A stretch of DNA of 64,000 nucleotides from Octopus sinensis (taxonomy: Eukaryota): NCBI RefSeq assembly GCF_006345805.1, contig NC_043019.1:24551360-24615359 (forward strand). Direction: 5' to 3'. Every line of letters begins with the position of its first letter. Positions within the stretch are counted from its first letter, which is position 1. The translations under genes and the position numbers were made by a program. The notes beneath the pieces were generated by a model. The model worked only from the letters and a program-made list of their open reading frames with translations, had not been told where the DNA came from and made no database searches. Below, one piece after another: positions 11,348 to 23,556 of the stretch.

Positions 11348-13663
11348 TTGTCCTTATACGATAAGTATATTTTTTTCTCAAGCTTTGATACGACTCTTAA
11401 TCTGTCTCTTTTTCTCTCTCTCTCTCTCCTCCCTTATTCCACTCCCTTTCTTTCCCTCTCCATCCGTCCCCCCCCCTCTCTACGTTTCTATCTATCTCTC
11501 TCTCACCTCCAGCCCCCTCGATCTGTCTCTTTCTTCTCCTCCCTCGTCCACCTTCTCTCCCTTTTCATCTGTCCCTTTCTCCTGTCTTTTGTTCTCACGT
11601 GACAGCTAGCCGCTGTTGAGCGCTCTTTTCGTCGTTTTCAGCAGCCTCAGAAGCAACACGTATTTGTTCGTCTCCCCGTGGCCTTTAGGCACAACTTCAC
11701 AAGCCAGCCCCATTCTCAAATCGTCCTGTCGAAAGACCCTTGTCCTACGTCCTGGTTTTGTTTTGTTTTTATTTTTTTATTTTTACCGTTATTGTTTTTT
11801 ACGTTTTTGTATTCTTATTGGTGTCACGTATTCTGTATTTTTGTTTGTGTACTTCGATCTGTTTTCCGTCCTTTCGTTGTATACATTCGAAGCTTTCTTC
11901 CAGGGGATCTAATGCACTTGGCTTAGATTTCCCTTGGCGGGCTGGCCATATCGGAGCAATCTCAAGATTAATCAGCCGAAATTGCTAAGATGATCTGGTT
12001 CTTGACTGATGACTGAGGGCTTCGAATGTCCCGTCCTGTGGTTCTTGTGTCGTCTCTGTGGTGTTTCATGTTCTTGTCCATGTCTGTAATTAATGTTACT
12101 GTTTACCTATATAATCGGCGGCTACGTATCCACAATTGTCCTTATACGATAAGTATATTTTTTTCTCAAGCTTTGATACGACTCTTAATCTGTCTCTTTT
12201 TCTCTCTCTCTCTCTCTCCTCCCTATATCCACTCCCTTTCTTTCCTCTCCATCCGTCCCCCCCCCTCTCTACGTTCTCTATCTCTCTCACCTCCAGCCCC
12301 CTCGATCTGCTCTTTCTTTCTTCTCCTCCCTCGTCCACCTTCTCTCCCTTTTCATCTGTCCCTTTCTCCTGTCTTTTGTTCTCACGTGACAGCTAGCCGC
12401 TGTTGAGCGCTCTTTTCGTTTTCAGCAGCCTCAGAGCAACACGTATTTGTTCGTCTCCCCGTGCCTTTAGGCACAACTTCACAAGCCAGCCCCATTCTCA
12501 AATCGTCCTGTCGAAAGACCCTTGTCCTACTCCTGGTTTTGTTTTGTTGTTTATTTTTTATTTTTACCGTTATTGTTTTTACGTTTTTGTATTCTATTGG
12601 TGTCACGTATTCTGTATTTTTGTTTGTGTACTTCGATCTGTTTTCCGTCCTTTCGTTGTATACATTCGAAGCTTTCTTCCAGGGGATCTAATGCGCTTGG
12701 CTTAGATTTCCCTTGGCGGGCTGGCCATATCGGAGCAATCTCAAGATTAATCAGCCGAAATTGCTAAGATGATCTGGTTCTTGACTGATGACTGAGGGCT
12801 TCGAATGTCCCGTCCTGTGGTTCTTGTGTCGTCTCTGTGGTGTTTCATGTTCTTGTCCATGTCTGTAATTAATGTTACTGTTTACCTATATAATCGGCGG
12901 CTACGTATCCACAATTGTCCTTATACGATAAGTATATTTTTTCTCAAGCTTTGATACGACTCTTAATCTGTCTCTTTTTCTCTCTCTCTTCCTCCTCCCT
13001 TATTCCACTCCCTTTCTTTCCCTCTCCATCCGTCCCCCCCCCTCTCTACGTTTCTCTATCTCTCTCACCTCCAGCCCCCTCGATCTGTCTCTTCTTCTCC
13101 TCCCTCGTCCCCCTTCTCTCCTTTTCATCTGTCCCTTTCTCCTGTCTTTTGTTCTCACGTGACAGCTAGCCGCTGTTGAGCGCTCTTTTCGTTTTCAGCA
13201 GCCTCAGAAGCAACACGTATTTGTTCGTCTCCCCGTGGCCTTTAGGCACAACTTCACAAGCCAGCCCCATTCTCAATCGTCCTGTCGAAAGACCCTTGTC
13301 CTACGTCCCGGTTTTGTTTTGTTGTTTATTTTTTATTTTTACCGTTATTGTTTTTTACGTTTTTGTATTCTTATTGGTGTCACGTATTCTGTATTTTTGT
13401 TTGTGTACTTCGATCTGTTTTCCGTCCTTTCGTTGTATACATTCGAAGCTTTCTTCCAGGGGATCTAATGCGCTTGGCTTAGATTTCCCTTGGCGGGCTG
13501 GCCATATCGGAGCAATCTCAAGATTAATCAGCCGAAATTGCTAAGATGATCTGGTTCTTGACTGATGACTGAGGGCTTCGAATGTCCCGTCCGGTGGTTC
13601 TGTGTCGTCTCTGTGGTGGTTTCATGTTCTTGTCCATGTCTGTAATTAATGTTACTGTTTACC
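11348..13663. repeat. Head-to-tail triplication of a ~780-bp unit
   Basis: TTGTCCTTATACGATAAG at 11348, 12136, 12915; copies near-identical apart from small indels. Confidence 0.97.
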
Positions 13664-13679
<16 letters not shown>

Positions 13680-13739
<60 letters not shown>

Positions 13740-13741
13740 GG

Positions 13742-13792
<51 letters not shown>

Positions 13793-13802
13793 ATAGATAG
13801 AC

Positions 13803-13893
<91 letters not shown>

Positions 13894-13910
13894 GATAGAT
13901 AGATAGATAG
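13680..13910. repeat. Compound (GA)n/(GACA)n/(GATA)n microsatellite
   Basis: Direct inspection. Confidence 0.95.
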
Positions 13911-15017
13911 ATTGACAAGTGGATATAGTATTGTTGCTTTTTCTAGTTACTGATCTCACTGTTTGCAACATTGATTCCTTTCAGGCTTGTTCGTTGGCAG
14001 AAATGGTAAAGAGAAGTGGTAAAAAGTATGTGACATAATGCATTGTGGTATTTAGTTAAGTCTGTTTACGTTCCACGTTCAGATACGACCGGGATCGAAA
14101 TTTCTTCTTCCGCCTTCGACAAAAGAACTCCAGGTTAAGTACTGGGCTGACTCTATTTGACTATACCTCTCTTTATGCCATACATATGGCCTAATGCCAC
14201 TTACAAATCGATATTAATTTCATTGTTTAAATACTAAGTGCAATAAACCTATATTTCACAGAAAGTAAATAGAAATTCACAACTTTCATGTTCTGAAAAG
14301 AATTAATGGCATTCATTAAATGAAAGTAGAGTTCACCATTCCTGGGGTTCACTCACTCCGGCAGGAAGGGCGCCGCTGTCAGTTTCAAAAATTATACAAA
14401 ATAGTTACTTCGCAGGACACCGCTTGCTGTAAAAAAATATCAACTTCGAATTCTGATAAATCTACTGACACCTGTCCTGCTTTATTTTCAGTTTGATGTT
14501 TAAATGGGCAATAACGCTTGACACATAGTAACATTCATATTCAGCTAGTATCTCTGTCTGCTAAAAGTGAATCCAGTAAAGCTATTTTTCCTTATGCTTT
14601 CATGATTAATTAAAACATAAGGGTCATTTCACATGCAAAACCATCTCCAAAATAACCGCATCACTAATATCACCAACACCACCAACACAAACAGCAATAT
14701 ATCTTATAGAAAGAGGAGAGGAAAAGGGCACTGATGCAGAACAATAATGATAGTAGATTGCTATCAGTGTTAGACCGAGAACATTTTCTTTATTAGTATA
14801 GACAAGTGTGGCAATCAAGATATCCCTGTACAAAATTGGAAATATTCATGTTAATTTAACTGTACCAATGGTTAAGTTCCTTTTTCCATGCTGGCCTACA
14901 TAGCCCAATGCTCAACCTCTTGCTTTATACACTACGTTTGGTTTCGACGTATGTGTAACTGTCTCTCTCTCTCTATTATGCATGTTTACATGCATGTATC
15001 CATGCTTATATATGTAT

Positions 15018-15066
<49 letters not shown>

Positions 15067-15080
15067 CATGCATACATACA

Positions 15081-15113
<33 letters not shown>

Positions 15114-15167
15114 GTATGTATGTTTATATATATATATATTATATATATATATACATACATACATACA

Positions 15168-15203
<36 letters not shown>

Positions 15204-15208
15204 TATAT

Positions 15209-15268
<60 letters not shown>

Positions 15269-15479
15269 CGTGTGTGTTTGTGTGTGCGTGTATTGTTTGA
15301 ATGTGTGCATTTATAAGCATTATATGCGTGTATTTCTGAACGATTATTATTATGAATGTTTTTTCCTTTCAATTTTGTTTCCATTTGTTGCAAAGTATCT
15401 TCCCGACACCAAGGATAAAGAAGCTCACTGTATATCTTGATGGGACATTCAAATAAACACACTGCATTGTTCAATTACA

Positions 15480-17055
15480 AAATAAAATAAAGTTATGGAG
15501 ACAATATTATTTCCATTATCTTTTTAATGCGTGTGCCAAAGCAGCTAAAACAATCTTTTGCACTCTTGCAGGGACGGTAACCCAGGGATCATTCTCAAAT
15601 GATTTTCAGTTTTTTTTTTTTATCACTCTCTGTGCTTCCGCAATTACTGGTATTTTAACCGCCTTGAGACGCTGTATTTTTTCAATTTCAATGAGCAAAT
15701 CTATATTTTCTGGCCTTGTCAAATTCTTTTGCCGGGATATATGATCACTGTTACTTTTGCCTTTAAGAACACTATCCAGTTTATTAGCTTTGATGGTTTT
15801 GTATGTATATACAGGAAAGTCCCAAGGAACCGTTACATTCTCTCCCTCAGTTACTGTCTCAGCATGATGCTTATACCACTTGTGGACAGTAATGATTTTA
15901 TAATACCGACATATTAAGCATTATAGGTTTTGACCAACTCTACTGGTGTTAAAACTTTATATTTAGAGATTAGGTGGTTCACCGTTTATTAGCTTTAATA
16001 GTTTTGTATGTATGTATGTACTCGAAAGTTCCAAAAGAATCGTTACGTTTTCTCCCTCAGTTATAGCCTCAGGTTGATGCTTATATTATTTGTTTTGACT
16101 TTTTAATGTCGACATATTAACCAGTGTTGACTTTTTAATGTCGACATATTAACCAGTGTTGACTATCTCTGTTGTATCTTGATTTATCCTCTACTGATGC
16201 TAAAAATTTACATCCTGAAATTATGTGGTCCACTGTTTCAATTTCATCATTGCTATATCAGCACTTTGGATCTACTTCATTTTTATCATATTGGCTTGGT
16301 AGTGCCGAGTCAATAATCTTTGAACTTGATCAACTACAATGAAGCCTTTGATTTCTGCCTTTAACTCTACTCTTCGTAGCCACTGATGAATGTGCTGTTT
16401 ACTACGCTCCACCTATTTGCCATGAAGAGGTTTCTGCTTCTATCAACCAGCAAATTGTTCATGCGCATTTTTCGTTGCCATCAATTTTACTTGCTTTGCA
16501 ATGACAGTCGCCACAGTTCATTCTGGCTATTCAGCCTGGGTATCATTCATGAAATCAATAGCAAATATTTTACCCTCCTTCAAAACGGAACGAAACTTCT
16601 TACGCTTCTCGTGACTTTCAACGAGTTTTAGCATCCTGTCGTTAATTGTTTTAAGATATTTTGCCAGTCCAGTTGAAGAGCTTTTGTAAGAAAGTTCCAA
16701 TTGGATCAAGCCTCGATCTCCTTAGGCCATGGGAAGGTAAAGACGATCCACGTCTGCCTTTGGGTAGGGTATTTTATTTCAAATCAGCAGCTTGTGGATT
16801 TTTCAACTAATTTTATTTATTTTACTGATATTCCAGTTTAGCACATGGAAGCTATAAATAACAACTGGAACTACTAAAGAATTTATGACTGACACCTTAT
16901 TATGTGCATTTAGCTGCCCAAACTCTCCTATAACATTCCTTCCTGATCTACTCCTTCATGTATGCATGCTGAATGCCAGAGCCTTAATTTATTCCTAGGT
17001 ATTTGGTGGGTCTGTTCCTGCTCAAGTTCTTTCATAGCGATTATTTCGTTGTTAA
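15480..17055 (-). pseudogene. R4/Dong-type (RLE-clade) LINE 3' fragment: RT end, CCHC knuckle, restriction-like endonuclease
   Basis: KELEQEQT..KYLGIN, PKADVDRLYLP..GDRGLIQLE, WLRRVELKAEIKGF, PKC..ETVDHIISGCK, WDFPVYTYKTIKANK, KIPVI..IPGLPSLQE on the minus strand. Confidence 0.88.
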
Positions 17056-17473
17056 TCTAGTTTATTATGGCAGTATTTTGAGAGTTATGAATATTTTGTA
17101 TTTGTGGAAGGACTTTGTACAATTTTTCTCTAATGGTAGCCTTGTGCGTAGAATAAAAGAATGGATAGAATCGATTGATTAGAGAGGGATAGCAAGGTCA
17201 ATAACATAGAGAGTCGAAATCAAAATGTAAAAGGAGGTAATTGAAATATTACATGATATTTTCCCCACTGATCATTTTCCACAAGGACGAAATGAGCAAA
17301 CATTAGAAGGGTACACTAGAGAAAGATTGGCATTGATACAGAATCAAGTATGAAAAAACAAGTATCAAAGGCAACGGTATAAAGAAAAGAATGTGAACCT
17401 TCTCAGTAGGGTGACGCTCTCCCCACTGTGTTCTCCACCCGCCTAGTGCATGCTCAGAATACAGCCACTTAGT

Positions 17474-17562
17474 CCTCCGCCAAAATATGTAATTTTGTGC
17501 TCTAAATGAAATAATAATAATTTTTTTCATTTAGAGCACAAAATTACATATTTTGGCGGAGG
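17474..17562. repeat. Perfect 38-bp inverted repeat, 13-nt spacer
   Basis: 17474-17511 is the reverse complement of 17525-17562. Confidence 0.95.
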
Positions 17563-18629
17563 GCAATTAGTTAAACCAACACAGTGACTGGTTATTTTAG
17601 TAATCACAGATAGATTTTAATACTCTTTCGATTGTTCCACCGGCGGCCCAAATAATTAATAACCCTATTAAGGATGATAATAATGATAATTTTTAAGAAA
17701 GGTAATATTGAAATCAACTGAATATTTAAGAATGCCGGAGAAAAAAAAAGCTGCAATTCCCGAGAAATTATTCGTGAAACAAAAAACAAAACTAAAAAAA
17801 CAAACGATTAGAAAAGAAGAAAACAACGACGATAATAATCTAATGTTCATGTAGCTGAAATGAAAACCGAGGAGCAATGAGAAAAGCATCTGAGAAGTAG
17901 AAAGCTGGCCTTGTTTTTCAAGTGTCGGCAATAATGGAGTTTCAATAGAGCTCTGAAACAAAATAGACACCAGAGGGAACCCTCTAATGACATGAACATA
18001 GCTATCAGATTTCTTAGTAGAATGTGCACCGTCCAATGATACTCGGTACATGACATCACTCTATTATCATTATTATTAAACCCCCGCTGTTTTTCGTAAT
18101 TTTTCTTTTTAATGTCCTCTATTTGTTACCCCTGTGGCAAATAAAGAAATCATAACCAGTAACACGATCACCATCCTCCTCCAACTCCTCCTCCTCCTCC
18201 TCATCATCATCATCATCATCATCGTTATCATCATCATCATCGTGTTCAACATTATCATGTTGATATTGTTATTGTTGTTGTTATCGCCGCAGTTGTGGTC
18301 GCTGTTCTGTAGCCATAGCAGTTGTTTTTAGATGTTACGTTTACAATGGTTTTAGCTCTTCTTGCTGTATGACATCGTGTCACTCCTATCACGGATCGAT
18401 GACATAGCTGTTTTTTTTCCAATACTTCACCAGAAACATCGATGATTCGTTTGTAATTAGGTTATATATAAACAGTGTCGTTGTTATTAAATAAATGCAA
18501 AACAACATAAAGAATATTTGTGGAACATTCCATACAAAGCTGTCACCAAGTGCCAAAATAACAGACCTGATACATTTACTTGGTGGGGGTGGGAAGGAAA
18601 TAAAGTCATAAATATTAACTGCCTCTAAA

Positions 18630-18707
18630 AGTTTAACTGACAATCTCGAAAATGTGTGTATATATATATATATATATATTTACATTTTCGAGATTGTCAG
18701 TTAAACT
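18630..18707. repeat. 26-bp perfect inverted repeat around a (TA)n spacer
   Basis: AGTTTAACTGACAATCTCGAAAATGT (18630-18655) vs 18682-18707. Confidence 0.95.
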
Positions 18708-19190
18708 CATATATATCACTCTTAAATACTATCGGTGTTGAAATGAATTTCTTAAACCAGTAATCTTTCGGTTCAATGAGGATTAACGAAAGAAAAATGT
18801 TTTTCGTTAGGAGAGATAGTACTAAAGTCTAATGGTTAATAATGATTTCGCACAAACAGCACAACGCAACACGTTCTTGTAGTCATATAATCGCTTGTCT
18901 TAAACATACTATGGAACTGGTCGTTTTTCTATTCACCCCTATAATTATCTGATCGAGGGACTCGCTGACTGTCAACTGAGCAATATTACATTTATGCATT
19001 TAAAACATTCTTTACTGCTCTTCCTTCTCTCGTAGAATAGCTGCTGCTTTATCCTTCTTGTACGAAAAAAAGAAAGAAAAAAGAACATTATTGACATCAG
19101 TCTCACTGGTCAAGGAGGGGCAGCAAACTATACGCATGTATGTGTGTATGTATGCATGCTCGTATGTATGTATGTCTATCAATCTCTGTC

Positions 19191-19269
<79 letters not shown>

Positions 19270-20680
19270 GTATATATATATATATATTTCATCCTGATGT
19301 TCAGCACGTGATTTTAAACTCAAATGCCACATCAAATATTAATGAAAACAAAAGCCAACTTCCTCCTTGCCCTTCCCATCATCATAATCATCATCGTCAT
19401 CGCCACTACCACCACTATTTTTCTAGCATTTCATTGTTACTCATATTTTACTACAATCGTTATTGTTGATTCTAATTTTCTAGCTTACGTAGGCAGAAAA
19501 CCATTATAGACTTTTTTAGTGTACTGCAGTGTAGTGTAGTTGTGCAATGTCGTGCAGAGGTGGAAGGTAGAGCAGAAACGTAACGAAATTATGTAAGAGT
19601 AAAGCATTGAAAGAGCGAGTGTATCAGTACAGGGTTCTGTAGTGGTGTGTAATGGAACAATTGGAATGCTTCCAATATTTCTATATTTCAAGTTGATGTT
19701 AGTTTGAAGTCAGTAATTTAATGTAACACTTCTTTATTAAAATTTTCTATTCCATACTTCCACAGAATTTCAGTCCCTCCGTCTGGCACCATGTAGAATG
19801 ACTTGATGTGGATCAAACCATTGACGTTTCATTCGGAACAAGATTCAATCGATTGGCGATGTCCGTATCATCTATCTGATTTAATTAGTCAGTTATTATT
19901 CTGCTAATATCAATCGATAGATTTTGACTTCAGATAAATCAATAAGCCATTATGAAACGCTTCCTAACTTTCATGCCTTTGAAAATGGTACAGCAGCAAT
20001 ATCAATGGAATCATATAAGCAACACTGGGAATTGAAACTGGGTCGCGCACTCAACTCGCTTGTTTCCTCTCTACGATAGTCGCCATACTGGGACAGTAAA
20101 CTTAGTTCTTCTTGGGATTGTCTGTAAAGGGAGCGGTTATTCATATTCATAATTCTCGAACGACTACCAGAAGCAAGAATTTAATGAGAATAACAGGAAT
20201 AAATTCTAAACATATTTTCTTGATTTTTTAACAGCACACCCCCACCATCAACATCGGCGTCTAAAAAACAAATAGAGAAAATATTCATGTATAACAGTTT
20301 GCCAAACTTTACTCGACAGAATGAGAAGCTTAGAAGAAAGTAAGCATCTTGAAATTTGCTTCAGCATGTCGGCATTTAATTTAACAGTGAAATATCTCGG
20401 AAAAAGTTTATGCAACGAAGACTAACCAGGCTAAAAAAAAACGAACACTATTTCATGAATGGCTCATAAAAGACCAGGTGAAGATGAGACTTTGTCATCA
20501 TTTCGATTGTCGTAAAAAATATTTAGTATTCATTAACGTTGGTTTAAAGCAGTTCTTGAGCAAAGTGCGGATTCCTTTCAGGGAACAACTGCTTTAGTAC
20601 AGATCATTTCCAGTCTAAGCGACAGTTGGGATATAAGGCATTAATCCAACTACAAAATTTATGCGAAATTCAGGATCCTT

Positions 20681-23215
20681 TCTTTTTTCTTTTTCTTTTT
20701 GTCGAAAGTAATCCTCTGGATTAAACTAGAAATAAATTAAACAGGAAAAGGAGATAAGCCAGACGGGAAAAGGGCAGGCAAACGCTTGCTAGAACCTTAC
20801 GAACGTGACCATTGTAACTAAGGGAAAGGAGAGTGGGATTCCGTACAGAGAGAAGAGATAGGTAGCAGAGCTAGGTTCTGGTCAATTGCTTCCTCCTCCC
20901 TATGATCTCTCCTTTTCACCATAACGTTACTACTTTCTACTTTCTGCATTCTTAGATTCTCTTTTATTAATATCTCTAGTGATGTTAGTTACTGCTTAAA
21001 AGCTTCCTTTGAGCTGCTTTGTGTATTTGTGAGATGGGCAGCATATCGACGGTCGATTCAAAGATTGATATGCAGGGCATTTCAAATTTTCGAATATTCT
21101 GGCCCTTTTTATTTTCACCTTTCTGTCTTTTGTCTACTGAAACAGCAGAAATCATCATCTGCCAGACTTAAAAATACAACGTTCTGGAATTAACAGACAA
21201 CTATCTTCCCTCCGTTTCCTAAGATTTATTTCCATAATTTGGTCATAAATGGAAAGGCACTTCTCATGATCATAGCAGGCAGCCTCAGCCTGGTGAGAAT
21301 GATACTGTTGATAATCAGACTGAACATATATAGGTCAATATTTGTAGGTGAAGCAGATGTAATGTGACTCAAAGATAAAGCTATCTCGATCTAAAATAGC
21401 TACAGTCCAGAATTGACTAACCGACTTCTCTCCTCTATATCATAACTTCAATATCCTTTTCTATATCCCATAACTTATAAAATATCTTATGTCATATAAC
21501 ATTCTATAACTTATGAAACATGACTTAGGAATATAAACTTCAAATATCGTGTCAGAAAAATAAATACAAATATGTTAATATTGTTATCAAAAAGCAAATC
21601 TTATATAATTTCAGAAAATAATGCAAATTTGTGGCAGTCTGACAAGGAGATTATAATTTCCGACCTAAAATTAGTTTGAATTTTAGTTTACATATGCATT
21701 TTAATGTTTCCATGTCTGTATTGAATTACTGGAATTGAACTGAACGGTTGATGACTATTACGAACAAAACTTGTGCTAAGTTACTAACATACATTAAACA
21801 TCAAGCTTATGATGGTGAAATATCGCATCAAATTTTTAATGTTCTTTTATTTCATTTTACAATTTTACAGTGATAAATAAATCAGGTTTCACTTAATGAA
21901 ATTAACCACAAATATTTAATTTCTCACTGTTTATAAACTTTTTTCTTTTTCTTTTTCTTTTTCTTTTTGTCGAAAGTAATCCTCTGGATTAAACTAGAAA
22001 TAAATTAAACAGGAAAAGGAGATAAGCCAGACGGGAAAAGGGCAGGCAAACGCTTGCTAGAACCTTACGAACGTGACCATTGTAACTAAGGGAAAGGAGA
22101 GTGGGATTCCGTACAGAGAGAAGAGATAGGTAGCAGAGCTAGGTTCTGGTCAATTGCTTCCTCCTCCCTATGATCTCTCCTTTTCACCATAACGTTACTA
22201 CTTTCTGCATTCTTAGATTCTCTTTTATTAATATCTCTAGTGATGTTAGTTACTGCTTAAAAGCTTCCTTTGAGCTGCTTTGTGTATTTGTGAGATGGGC
22301 AGCATATCGACGGTCGATTCAAAGATTGATATGCAGGGCATTTCAAATTTTCGAATATTCTGGCCCTTTTTATTTTCACCTTTCTGTCTTTTGTCTACTG
22401 AAACAGCAGAAATCATCATCTGCCAGACTTAAAAATACAACGTTCTGGAATTAACAGACAACTATCTTCCCTCCGTTTCCTAAGATTTATTTCCATAATT
22501 TGGTCATAAATGGAAAGGCACTTCTCATGATCATAGCAGGCAGCCTCAGCCCTGGTGAGAATGATACTGTTGATAATCAGACTGAACATATATAGGTCAA
22601 TATTTGTAGGTGAAGCAGATGTAATGTGACTCAAAGATAAAGCTATCTCGATCTAAAATAGCTACAGTCCAGAATTGACTAACCGACTTCTCTCCTCTAT
22701 ATCATAACTTCAATATCCTTTTCTATATCCCATAACTTATAAAATATCTTATGTCATATAACATTCTATAACTTATGAAACATGACTTAGGAATATAAAC
22801 TTCAAATATCGTGTCAGAAAAATAAATACAAATATGTTAATATTGTTATCAAAAAGCAAATCTTATATAATTTCAGAAAATAATGCAAATTTGTGGCAGT
22901 CTGACAAGGAGATTATAATTTCCGACCTAAAATTAGTTTGAATTTTAGTTTACATATGCATTTTAATGTTTCCATGTCTGTATTGAATTACTGGAATTGA
23001 ACTGAACGGTTGATGACTATTACGAACAAAACTTTGTGCTAAGTTACTAACATACATTAAACATCAAGCTTATGATGGTGAAATATCGCATCAAATTTTT
23101 AATGTTCTTTTATTTCATTTTACAATTTTACAGTGATAAATAAATCAGGTTTCACTTAATGAAATTAACCACAAATATTTAATTTCTCACTGTTTATAAA
23201 CTTTTTTCTTTTTCT
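20681..23215. repeat. Near-identical tandem duplication, period ~1268 bp
   Basis: GTCGAAAGTAATCC at 20701 and 21969; junctions in (CTTTTT)n; only a few small indels between copies. Confidence 0.97.
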
Positions 23216-23385
23216 TATTTTTTTTTTTTTGCCTTTCTAATTTTTTCCAAGTGCAATTTCATAAGTGTTATTAAGAGTTTTCGCTAATCCACTTTGTAAA
23301 CTTGGCCTTCTTAACGATTTGAATTATATGCTCTTAGAATAGTCGCAAAAACATTCAATATTTGAAGTGCTCTTCAATAAGAAAT

Positions 23386-23556
23386 CTTCTTCTTCTTCTT
23401 CTTCTTCTTCTTCTTCTTCTTCTTCTTCTTCTTCTCTTCTTCTTCTTCTTCTTCTTCTTCTTCTTCTTCTTCTTCTTCTTCTTCTTCTCCTCCTTCTTCT
23501 TCTTCTTCTTCTTCTTCTTCTTCTTCTTCTTCTTCTTCTTCTTCTTCTTCTTCTTC
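23386..23556. repeat. (TTC)n microsatellite
   Basis: Direct inspection; source of the poly-R/E/L/F/S ORFs. Confidence 0.97.

Noticed and set aside
12006-12030. CTGATGA..CGAA as a hammerhead in the triplicated unit
   Set aside because: No stem II, GAAT instead of GAAA, and no stem I partner; type II permutation also fails.
12009-12050. SECIS-like ATGA-N12-AA spacing in the triplicated unit
   Set aside because: No matching helix II or 3' GA quartet partner.
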